A stretch of 64,000 nt of DNA from Bacteroidales bacterium (GTDB lineage Bacteria; Bacteroidota; Bacteroidia; Bacteroidales; UBA3663): positions 2,474 to 66,473 of the forward strand of contig JAZRXX010000033.1 of assembly GCA_045600485.1 (NCBI GenBank). The letters are read 5' to 3'. Made by a program: the position numbers and the translations under genes. Below are positions 44,071 through 52,391 of this stretch, in pieces (position 1 is the first letter of the stretch; each line of letters begins with the position of its first letter). The notes beneath the pieces are model-generated. The model saw nothing but the letters and a program-made list of their open reading frames with translations. It did no database searches and was not told where the DNA came from.

Positions 44071-44844
44071 CTAAAAACTAAAAAACATTTCCCCCATTGC
44101 TTCGGCTGCTTCTGTTCGGCAAATGGAGAAGCTGGGGAAGTCGTTGACATCGATGATAAAGGGTTGTCCATTATCAAGAATCAGATCGACACCGAAAATT
44201 TCCAATCCCAACACCGACCTAACACGTTGCATTAAGTCCGCATATCGGGTATCTGGCCAGCAATGGTCGCCTACGGCATAAACCTTGACCAACGGGCCTT
44301 CGAGATGACGTGTGACGATAATGTCCGTATAACCATCGGCTGCAAGTTCTATGACCCGGCTGTCGGCTTGCAATGGAGTATCGACGCGAAGCACATCGCC
44401 GGGAGTGACACCCCTTGGATGCATGGCCTTGACCCATCCGGGCAACAACTGCTGCAAATCCGGTTCACACTGGAACATCCGGTCTTCTGCCGGTTCGTAG
44501 CTCCAGAATGGAACAACAGGCAATCCCGAAACCTGAAGCATCTCCAAGGTCGTAGATCGGCTTTGAACCGTAACTTGCACAGACGAAGGCCGATTCAGGA
44601 CCACTCCCCCTTGCTGTTCAAGTTTCTGCAAAAGAAGAAGACTCTTCCACCGACGAGCCATACTGATGATGCAACGGCAGGAAGCAAGTTCCGCTGTATG
44701 CGCAGGCAGCTCCTCTTCGCGAATGGTGCAAACCTCTTGACCAGCATCACGCAAGCAATGGGCAACCGCCTCCAGAATGGCTGCATCTTTTGGAACATTT
44801 CCATTGGGCGAATATTCCGTTGCACGATAAATCAAGCCAACCAT
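44071..44844 (-). CDS. ATP-grasp-like protein, possibly inositol-phosphate-kinase (ITPK1)-like
   Basis: 257 aa. The C-terminal GVDLILDNGQPFIIDVNDFPSF resembles the Mg-ATP-binding strand of ATP-grasp enzymes. By memory it also resembles the xIDxNxFPG motif of inositol 1,3,4-trisphosphate 5/6-kinases. Confidence 0.45.
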   Translation of the reverse strand: MVGLIYRATEYSPNGNVPKDAAILEAVAHCLRDAGQEVCTIREEELPAHTAELASCRCIISMARRWKSLLLLQKLEQQGGVVLNRPSSVQVTVQSRSTTLEMLQVSGLPVVPFWSYEPAEDRMFQCEPDLQQLLPGWVKAMHPRGVTPGDVLRVDTPLQADSRVIELAADGYTDIIVTRHLEGPLVKVYAVGDHCWPDTRYADLMQRVRSVLGLEIFGVDLILDNGQPFIIDVNDFPSFSICRTEAAEAMGEMFFSF

Positions 44845-45527
44845 TGCTCTGCTTTTTGTATATCGGACTTATGATCGATGTCCATGACCTGGTCAAATAC
44901 GCTTGCCCGAATGGTGATACCGGCATCGAGCAAAGCGCGCTGGAAGTTTCTCATGCGCGACACTCCTGAGGTCAGGCATTTCTCCAATATCGGAAGGATA
45001 CGCGCTCTATCCATGCCATAAATTCCACCGCTAACCCAAGCCGCTGGGCCCTGATCTGCAAATGCCGTAATGCGCATATCATCGGCCGTACAAACCCACA
45101 GAGGTTTCTCATCGTCCACATAAGGGGTCACGACAAAACGGAAATCGCTGCTTTGCTCAAAATCCTGAACATAATGGGCAAAATCCGCCTCTCGGAAAAT
45201 CGTATCGACGGTTGTGCAGATGAATGGTCCATCGGGCATAATCTGACAAAGAGCAGCGAGACTGTGCATCGAACTGGGCGTGCTCTCGATCAAGACCTGC
45301 AGCACAACGGCAGGATGTTCCTTCTGCCATTCGTTCAGGTAATCCTGCACCTCTTTCATCTGTCGGTTGACGATAACCGAAATATGATCACCGCACTGGT
45401 GCACAAAGATGTCAAGCAGGCGGCCTATCATGGGCTTCCCTGCCAATGGAACCAAAGGCTTGGGCTGGGATATACCCTCCTGGGCCAAACGAGATCCTTC
45501 TCCGGCTGCAATAATGGCAAAATTCAT
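44832..45527 (-). CDS. Nucleotidyltransferase (NTP_transferase family; candidate alcohol-phosphate cytidylyltransferase)
   Basis: MNFAIIAAGEGSRL...KPLVPLAGKPMI is the N-terminal signature. The 3' end overlaps the next gene by 13 nt. Confidence 0.75.
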   Translation of the reverse strand: MNFAIIAAGEGSRLAQEGISQPKPLVPLAGKPMIGRLLDIFVHQCGDHISVIVNRQMKEVQDYLNEWQKEHPAVVLQVLIESTPSSMHSLAALCQIMPDGPFICTTVDTIFREADFAHYVQDFEQSSDFRFVVTPYVDDEKPLWVCTADDMRITAFADQGPAAWVSGGIYGMDRARILPILEKCLTSGVSRMRNFQRALLDAGITIRASVFDQVMDIDHKSDIQKAEQWLA

Positions 45528-45582
45528 CAGTCTTCAAATATAGCGAGATATACACATATTTTTATATATCTTGAATCGCGTG

Positions 45583-45590
45583 CAAAGATA
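45583..45590 (-). promoter_or_regulatory. -7 promoter box (reverse complement TATCTTTG) for the 45527 operon
   Basis: Exact TAnnTTTG on the minus strand, 56 nt upstream of the ATG at 45527. Confidence 0.45.
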
Positions 45591-45749
45591 CAACATTTTT
45601 TGCTTCAATGCACAATGCAATCTGTAAAAATATGAAAAAATAGATAAAAACGGGCTTAAAAAGATGGTTTTGGGAACGTAAAACAACAAAAATATGCCTC
45701 AAAATGCATTTTTTCGCATTTTTTTATTGTACAAATTAAAAAAACTATC

Positions 45750-45757
45750 TATATTTG
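45750..45757 (+). promoter_or_regulatory. -7 promoter box TATATTTG
   Basis: Exact TAnnTTTG, 55 nt upstream of the ATG at 45812. Confidence 0.45.
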
Positions 45758-45811
45758 CATCGTACAAAATAATGTACTAGTACAAACAAATCTAATCAAA
45801 TTCTTACAACT

Positions 45812-45988
45812 ATGGAAGAGTTAGTAAACAAAATCAATGAGCTCGCAGCTGCATTTGCAAAGGACGCTGAAGCTCAGGTCGTAAAGGGCAACAAGGCTGC
45901 AGGTCTTCGTGCTCGCAAGGAGGCTCTTGAAATCAGCAAGCTGATGAAGGAGTTCCGCGTAAAGTCTAACGAGGCTGCTAAGGCATAA
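45812..45988 (+). CDS. Histone H1-like small nucleoid protein (58 aa)
   Basis: My own translation gives MEELVNKINELAAAFAKDAEAQVVKGNKAAGLRARKEALEISKLMKEFRVKSNEAAKA. The ORF is below the track's size cut-off. It has its own promoter box and a strong terminator. The sequence style matches the Bacteroidetes histone H1-like protein family. Confidence 0.7.
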   Translation: MEELVNKINELAAAFAKDAEAQVVKGNKAAGLRARKEALEISKLMKEFRVKSNEAAKA

Positions 45989-46012
45989 TCCACCACGACT
46001 TTTACCTAAAGG

Positions 46013-46049
46013 GAAGCATCCATGAAAAACACAGGATGCTTCTTTTTTT
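46013..46049 (+). terminator. Intrinsic terminator
   Basis: GAAGCATCC (46013-46021) / GGATGCTTC (46034-46042) followed by T7 (46043-46049). Confidence 0.75.
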
Positions 46050-46085
46050 GTATTTCCACACCCATTGCGTTCCTGTTCTATTCCA

Positions 46086-47258
46086 ATGAAAAGAATACTT
46101 TTTGTTCTTATTGTACTATTTTCGGTCATTCGAACCTACGGACAACTCCAATTCTCCGATTCACTCCGCATCTCTCTTCTTACCGTAGCCGACGGGCAAG
46201 ATGCCTACGAGTGCTTCGGACATACCGGTTTGCGGGTCAACGACCTAAAGAAGGATCTTGACATCGTCTTTCACTACGGAGTTTACAATTATACCGAACC
46301 GAACTTCATCTGGCACTTCGTCGAAGGCAAATGCAACTACAGCATGGGAGCCTGTTACGCTGACGATTTCTTCTACCAGCACAAGCGTCGCCAGCTGGAC
46401 ATCACAGAACAGACATTAAGTCTGGATTCTGCCCAATGTTCCAACCTCGTACGAGCCCTCATCGAGAACTATGCTCCACGAAACCGAAACTACCGATACA
46501 ACTTCTTCTTTGACAATTGTGCCACCCGTCCATTTGAGATGATCAACCGATGGGCCGAAGTACAGTACGATACCACTTGGATCGAATCCAAAACACTTCG
46601 TGACATGATTCAGGAAAAGACCGGCAAAGGAAACTGGCTGGATTTCGGCATCTCGCTGACAGTAGCCGGCCGTGCCGATCAGCAAACGCTCTTCAAGGAG
46701 CAGATGTTTCTCCCCTCCTACCTCAGCAATGCAATAGCCCATGCTGTGGTTAACGAGCATCCTTTGGTCACGGAGGTCATCGGTCATGAAAACGGAAGCA
46801 GCAAGGTCAAATCTACGGACGAAAAGACCGATGCGCTGTCTCTTTTTTCGCCCACAATCTTAGGGTGGTTCCTGCTCGTGCTCGCCATCCTGATTTCAAT
46901 ACAAGAACTTCGTGGAGGAAAGCCGACAGCAGGCCGATCATTCGACTCAGTTTGGTTGTTTGCCACTGGATTGGCAGGGTGTATTGTCTGGTTCCTGAAT
47001 TTCTTTTCAGAGCATCCTGCAGTCGATAATAATCTCAACTGCATGTGGCTTTTGCCTACAAATCTGCTTTTTCTTTCAATAATTTGGATAAAAAAGGCGA
47101 AAAAAGTTCGTCGTATTTATTTTTTCATTATATTTGCGGCCGAAATTACTTATATAATAAGTGTTAGCACCTGCGCGCAATACTTTCACCCAGCCTTCCT
47201 TCCGATGTTGCTGACGATAGGTACAAGAAGCGCTTGTGGCATAAAAACAAATCGTTAA
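46086..47258 (+). CDS. DUF4105 domain-containing protein (N-terminal lipoprotein-like domain plus C-terminal TM helices)
   Basis: Signal peptide MKRILFVLIVLFSVIRTYG and AYECFGHTGLRV, the conserved GHT motif of DUF4105. The start is trimmed to the ATG at 46086. Confidence 0.6.
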   Translation: MKRILFVLIVLFSVIRTYGQLQFSDSLRISLLTVADGQDAYECFGHTGLRVNDLKKDLDIVFHYGVYNYTEPNFIWHFVEGKCNYSMGACYADDFFYQHKRRQLDITEQTLSLDSAQCSNLVRALIENYAPRNRNYRYNFFFDNCATRPFEMINRWAEVQYDTTWIESKTLRDMIQEKTGKGNWLDFGISLTVAGRADQQTLFKEQMFLPSYLSNAIAHAVVNEHPLVTEVIGHENGSSKVKSTDEKTDALSLFSPTILGWFLLVLAILISIQELRGGKPTAGRSFDSVWLFATGLAGCIVWFLNFFSEHPAVDNNLNCMWLLPTNLLFLSIIWIKKAKKVRRIYFFIIFAAEITYIISVSTCAQYFHPAFLPMLLTIGTRSACGIKTNR

Positions 47259-47273
47259 ACACAACAGCAACTT

Positions 47274-48869
47274 GTGAAGAACAGTAGCAATAGCATACTC
47301 ACCACCACCCTGTTGATGCTGGTCGCTGTCCATGTGATGGCAGGTGACCAGAAAGGCAGAGGACTGGCTCCGAAACTGATTATCGGCATTACCGTCGATC
47401 AGCTTCGGACGGATTATCTGTATGCGCTCGAAGACCAGCTATGCGATGGCGGTCTTAAGATGCTACTCGACAAGGGCGTGGTCTATGAACAGGTTTTGTT
47501 CGATGTAGATCATCCGGATGCTACCGAAGCCATGGCTGCTCTGGCAACAGGCTCTTATGCGTTTAACAACGGCATTCCGTCGAAAGAGGCTTTCAACACA
47601 CAAAGCCTGCGCCGTCAGTCCATCTTTGCCGACAAGGACTACCTCGGCAACTTTACAGAAGCCAACTATTCCGCCAAAGCGCTGATCAGCACCACGCTGT
47701 CCGATGAATTGATGACTGCATCCGACAATACCAGTCGAATCTTTTCGATTGCACCAGATGCGGAAGCCGCCATCATCGGCGCTGGACACACAGCCAATTG
47801 CGCTTTCTGGATTGACGACAAACAGGGGAAATGGGCATCGACCACCTACTATCGCAATTTCCCGAACTACGTCGAACGCAAAAACAAGGACAAGCCATTG
47901 GCTTATCACCTGAGCGAAGCTGTATGGCAACCGCTGCAGAAGAACAAGCAGTTGGCAATCATGCCATATCACTACGAGGTCAACGGGTTCAATCATGTGT
48001 TCTACGACCATGGCCAGCCAGTTTATTCTTGGTTCAAGAGCAGTCCTCTGGTCAATGATGCCATTGTCGAACTCTCGAAAGTCCTGATGACGACCGGTTC
48101 GTTGGGCAACGGCAAGAATACCGACATGCTCCAACTTACCCTCTATTGTGGCACATGGCTGCACGATAGTCCGGACAAATATGCCGAGGAGCTGCAGGAC
48201 ATGTATCTGCGCGTTGATCAAAGCATCAAGAATCTGCTCGAAATAGTCGATAAACAGGTTGGACTTGACAACACGTTCATCTACCTGCAGAGCACAGGTG
48301 AAACGACTGCATTGCGTCAGCAACACGACGACACCAAAGCCGGAGTCTTTACGGCCACACGTTGCACATCTCTGCTCAACAGCTATCTGGTTTCGCTGTA
48401 TGGCAAAGGAAATTATGTTACAGATTTTGTCGATTTCCAGATCTTCCTTGACCACCGGGGCATCGAACAGAAAAACCTGAAGTTGCGCGACGTTCAGCAA
48501 GCTGCTGCAGAGTTCGTCATGATGTTCAGCGGAGTCGAAGATGTTGTAACACAATACCAGATTCTGCACGATGATGCCAACGACCGCATCAAGCGCATGC
48601 GCCGTGCATACGACCGAAAGAGCGGAGGTGATCTGATGGTCAGCCTCCAACAAGGATGGACATTCAAGTACAAGGACAGTTCGCAGGAACAACCTCAGGT
48701 CAGACATGACATTGCACCCGGACCTGCCATTCTGTTCGCTCCCAATTTACTGGAACCGCAAGTCATTACAACGCCGGTGGACGCCACCGTCATCGCTCCT
48801 ACGGTAGCCAATGCTATCAGAATACGTGCACCCAGTGCCTGCAAGACAACGAGAATGAGCGTACTATAG
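47274..48869 (+). CDS. Alkaline phosphatase superfamily protein (nucleotide pyrophosphatase/phosphodiesterase-like)
   Basis: Signal peptide followed by LIIGITVDQLRTDYL, a metal-site-like N-terminal strand. It often partners DUF4105 genes in Bacteroidetes. GTG start, with an alternative ATG at 47316. Confidence 0.5.
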   Translation: MKNSSNSILTTTLLMLVAVHVMAGDQKGRGLAPKLIIGITVDQLRTDYLYALEDQLCDGGLKMLLDKGVVYEQVLFDVDHPDATEAMAALATGSYAFNNGIPSKEAFNTQSLRRQSIFADKDYLGNFTEANYSAKALISTTLSDELMTASDNTSRIFSIAPDAEAAIIGAGHTANCAFWIDDKQGKWASTTYYRNFPNYVERKNKDKPLAYHLSEAVWQPLQKNKQLAIMPYHYEVNGFNHVFYDHGQPVYSWFKSSPLVNDAIVELSKVLMTTGSLGNGKNTDMLQLTLYCGTWLHDSPDKYAEELQDMYLRVDQSIKNLLEIVDKQVGLDNTFIYLQSTGETTALRQQHDDTKAGVFTATRCTSLLNSYLVSLYGKGNYVTDFVDFQIFLDHRGIEQKNLKLRDVQQAAAEFVMMFSGVEDVVTQYQILHDDANDRIKRMRRAYDRKSGGDLMVSLQQGWTFKYKDSSQEQPQVRHDIAPGPAILFAPNLLEPQVITTPVDATVIAPTVANAIRIRAPSACKTTRMSVL

Positions 48870-48931
48870 AATCTATATCTCAGAATGAATCGAGATACTC
48901 CAAACAATCTTGAATAAACAACTATACGATT

Positions 48932-51900
48932 ATGAATTTTAATGATATATTGACCAAACTGTTCGGCAACAAATCACAGCGTGATGTCAAGGCCATCCAG
49001 CCATGGGTGGACAAGATCAAAGCTGCTTATCCTGCAGTAGAAGGATTGTCGAACGATGAATTGCGAGCTCGCAGCCAAGCCCTTATGCAGCAGATGCAGG
49101 ACATGGTAGCCGACGACCGCAAGAAGATTGCAGAACTGAAGGCAACCGTTGAGACCCTCGAAGTAGAAAAACGCGAAAAGGTCTGGGCTGAGATCGATGA
49201 GCTGAAGAAGAAGGTATTGGCTACCTTCGACGACCAGCTGACCGAAATTCTCCCAGAAGTATTTGCTATCGTCAAGCAAACCGCTTATCGTTTTGCCCAG
49301 AGCGAAACTGTTGAGGTTACGGCAACGCAGATGGACCGCGATTTGGCTGCTACCAAAGACTTTGTCACCATCGAAGGCGATAAAGCCATCTACAAGACCA
49401 CTTGGCTGGCTGGTGGTAATCCTGTCCGTTGGGACATGGTTCACTACGACGTCCAGTTGTTCGGTGGTGTCGTTCTGCACCAAGGCAAAATTGCCGAAAT
49501 GGCTACCGGTGAAGGTAAGACTCTTGTTGCTACCCTGCCTGTATTCTTGAATGGTATGACGCATAATGGCGTTCATGTCGTTACCGTGAACGACTACCTT
49601 GCCAAGCGTGACTGCGAGTGGATGGGTCCACTCTATCAGTTCCACGGATTGAGCGTTGACTGCATCGACCGCTATGAGCCAAACAGCGAGCCTCGTCGTC
49701 AGGCCTACAATTGTGATATCACTTTTGGTACCAACAATGAGTTCGGTTTCGACTACTTGCGCGACAACATGGCTACACGCCCCGAAGACCTGGTACAGCG
49801 TGAGCATAATTTCGCTATCGTCGATGAGGTTGACTCTGTCTTGATCGATGATGCCCGTACTCCACTCATCATTTCTGGTCCTACTCCTCGCACTTCGGAA
49901 TACAGCGACGAGGAACTCTATCAGGAGTACCGTCCTCGTGTCGAGAAGCTGGTAAATGCACAAAAGGTATTGGCAACACAGCTTTTGACCGAAGCCAAAA
50001 AGAAAGTATTGAATGAAAACAAGGAGACACGCGACGAAGGCGCCGTACAGCTTTATCGTGCTTACCGTGCATGGCCTAAGAGCAATGCCTTGATCAAGTT
50101 CCTTTCGGAGACTGGCGTCAAGCAGGAGATGCTTCGTGCAGAGGCTACCTTCCTTGAGAATAACCAGCAACGCATGCCAGAGGCACTTGAACCACTCTAC
50201 TTTGCCATCGAAGAAAAGAACAAGTCTGTAGATTTGACCGACAAGGGTATCGAAATGCTGACTGGCGAAGGAGAAGATCCAAAGTTCTTTGTTTTGCCGG
50301 ATGTTGGTAGCGAGATCGCCGAAGTTGAGCATTCGTTTCTGACCGACGACGAAAAGGTTGCCAAAAAGGAGGAGATCATGGACCAGTTTACCACTAAGGG
50401 TGAACGTGTGCATGCCGTCAACCAGTTGCTGAAGGCCTACACCATGTTCGAGAAGGATGTTGATTACATCGTTTCGGAAGATGGCAAGGTAAAGATCGTA
50501 GATGAGCAAACTGGCCGTATCATGGAGGGCCGTCGCTGGAGCGATGGTCTGCATCAGGCCGTTGAAGCCAAAGAGCACGTCAAGGTTGAGCAGACGACTC
50601 AGACATTCGCAACTATCACCCTGCAGAACTACTTCCGTATGTACCACAAGCTTTCGGGCATGACCGGTACTGCAGAAACCGAGGCTGGTGAGTTCTGGGA
50701 CATCTACAAACTCGATGTAGTCAGCATTCCAACCAACCGTCCTATCGCCCGTAAGGATATGGACGACCGCATCTATCGTTCGAAGCGAGCCAAGTACAAG
50801 GCCGTCATCGCACAGGCCAAGGAATATGTTGCCCAGGGACGTCCAGTATTGATTGGTACTACATCTGTCGAAATCTCTGAGTTGCTCGAAAAGGCATTCA
50901 AACAAAATGGCATCCAACCTAATGTGCTCAACGCCAAGTTGCATCAGCGCGAGGCAGAAATCGTTGCCAAAGCTGGTATGGCAAGCACGGTAACGATTGC
51001 CACCAACATGGCTGGTCGTGGTACCGATATCAAGCTTTCGCCAGAAATCAAGGCAGCAGGTGGTTTGGCTATCATCGGTACGGAGCGTCATGAGAGCCGA
51101 CGTGTTGACCGTCAGTTACGTGGTCGTGCCGGTCGTCAGGGTGATCCAGGTTCTTCGGTATTCTTTGTATCGCTCGAGGATAACCTGATGCGTATCTTCG
51201 GTTCGGACCGTATTGCCAAATTGATGGACAGCAAAATGTTCGGAATGACCGACGATGATGTACTCGAAAGCAGCATGTTATCATCGAGCATCGAAAAGGC
51301 ACAGAAGAAAGTCGAAGAGAACAACTATGGTATCCGTAAGCGATTGCTCGAATACGATGATGTTTTGAACAAGCAGCGTGAGGTTGTTTATACCCGCCGT
51401 CGCCATGCTCTGATGGGCGAACGTATCGGAGTCGATTTCATGAATATGGCCTATGACGTTGCCGCAGAACTCGTCAAAGAGTATAGCAACAACAACAACG
51501 ATATCGATACACTCAAACTTGATATCTTCCGCAACTTCGGTATCAACCTCGAACTCAATGAGAGTGATTTGAAGGGGGTATCAGACGAGGCTTTGACCGA
51601 AAAGATCTTCTCTGCAGCCATGCAGAACTTCAACAAGCGTGGCGATGAGCTTGAAGAGAAGATTGGACCACAGCTTATACAGTTTTACGAGCGATTCAAG
51701 GAGGGTGGCCAGGTCCGAAACGTCATCGTTCCATTTACCGATGGCAAGAAGATTTATCAGATTCCAGTCAACCTCGAAGAGGCAGCCAATACCAATGGCC
51801 ACAATGTGATCAAAACTTTCATCAAGGTCATTCTGCTCCACATCATCGATGAGGCTTGGAAAGAGAATCTCCGTGATCTTGATGACCTCAAGCAATCTGT

Positions 51901-52312
51901 CCAGAATGCCCACTATGAGCAGAAGGATCCACTCCTTATTTATAAGGTAGAAAGCTACGGTATCTTCGAACGAATGGTTACACATATGAATAGCAAGGCT
52001 GTTCGAATCCTGATGCGCAGTCAGTTGTATATTCCAACACCACCTCCTGCCGAAGAAAGCAATACTGAGGTAAATGAGGCTCCTGCTCTGGATCAATTCA
52101 AAGCTGCTTCTCCTGAACGTCGTCAGGACTTTAGCCGTATGCAAGCCAGTCATGCACAAATGGGTTCTTCATTGGCTGACCGTCCTGCTGCTGAGTCTGC
52201 GCCACAGCCTGTACGTCGTCCAATCGTTGCTCAGCCTCACGTCGGCCGCAATGAACCATGTCCATGTGGTAGTGGATTAAAGTACAAGAACTGCCACGGC
52301 AAGAATTTGTAA
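48932..52312 (+). CDS. secA: Preprotein translocase ATPase SecA
   Basis: [14 protein letters not shown] (Walker A), the [23 protein letters not shown]-like motif, and a C-terminal zinc-binding [14 protein letters not shown]. Confidence 0.97.
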   Translation: MNFNDILTKLFGNKSQRDVKAIQPWVDKIKAAYPAVEGLSNDELRARSQALMQQMQDMVADDRKKIAELKATVETLEVEKREKVWAEIDELKKKVLATFDDQLTEILPEVFAIVKQTAYRFAQSETVEVTATQMDRDLAATKDFVTIEGDKAIYKTTWLAGGNPVRWDMVHYDVQLFGGVVLHQGKIAEMATGEGKTLVATLPVFLNGMTHNGVHVVTVNDYLAKRDCEWMGPLYQFHGLSVDCIDRYEPNSEPRRQAYNCDITFGTNNEFGFDYLRDNMATRPEDLVQREHNFAIVDEVDSVLIDDARTPLIISGPTPRTSEYSDEELYQEYRPRVEKLVNAQKVLATQLLTEAKKKVLNENKETRDEGAVQLYRAYRAWPKSNALIKFLSETGVKQEMLRAEATFLENNQQRMPEALEPLYFAIEEKNKSVDLTDKGIEMLTGEGEDPKFFVLPDVGSEIAEVEHSFLTDDEKVAKKEEIMDQFTTKGERVHAVNQLLKAYTMFEKDVDYIVSEDGKVKIVDEQTGRIMEGRRWSDGLHQAVEAKEHVKVEQTTQTFATITLQNYFRMYHKLSGMTGTAETEAGEFWDIYKLDVVSIPTNRPIARKDMDDRIYRSKRAKYKAVIAQAKEYVAQGRPVLIGTTSVEISELLEKAFKQNGIQPNVLNAKLHQREAEIVAKAGMASTVTIATNMAGRGTDIKLSPEIKAAGGLAIIGTERHESRRVDRQLRGRAGRQGDPGSSVFFVSLEDNLMRIFGSDRIAKLMDSKMFGMTDDDVLESSMLSSSIEKAQKKVEENNYGIRKRLLEYDDVLNKQREVVYTRRRHALMGERIGVDFMNMAYDVAAELVKEYSNNNNDIDTLKLDIFRNFGINLELNESDLKGVSDEALTEKIFSAAMQNFNKRGDELEEKIGPQLIQFYERFKEGGQVRNVIVPFTDGKKIYQIPVNLEEAANTNGHNVIKTFIKVILLHIIDEAWKENLRDLDDLKQSVQNAHYEQKDPLLIYKVESYGIFERMVTHMNSKAVRILMRSQLYIPTPPPAEESNTEVNEAPALDQFKAASPERRQDFSRMQASHAQMGSSLADRPAAESAPQPVRRPIVAQPHVGRNEPCPCGSGLKYKNCHGKNL

Positions 52313-52391
52313 ACACAATCATCATTTGTCATTCTGGGCTAAGTCGATTATATCGAACAAGCTCAGAATGACCTTTTTTCTCTCTATACGT

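Noticed and set aside
48974-51091. 705 aa ORF antisense to secA. Similar long antisense ORFs are 30504-32216 (570 aa, opposite glnS), 47463-48707 (414 aa), 62039-63313 (424 aa, opposite accC), 34496-35461 (321 aa, opposite tgt) and 18281-19339 (352 aa).
   Set aside because: For the secA and glnS cases I verified arithmetically that the antisense frame is codon-aligned with the sense gene. A stop there would require TTA, CTA or TCA codons in the sense strand. Their absence is explained by codon bias in well-expressed genes. The translated products are low-complexity and match no family I recognise, whereas the sense genes are unmistakable.
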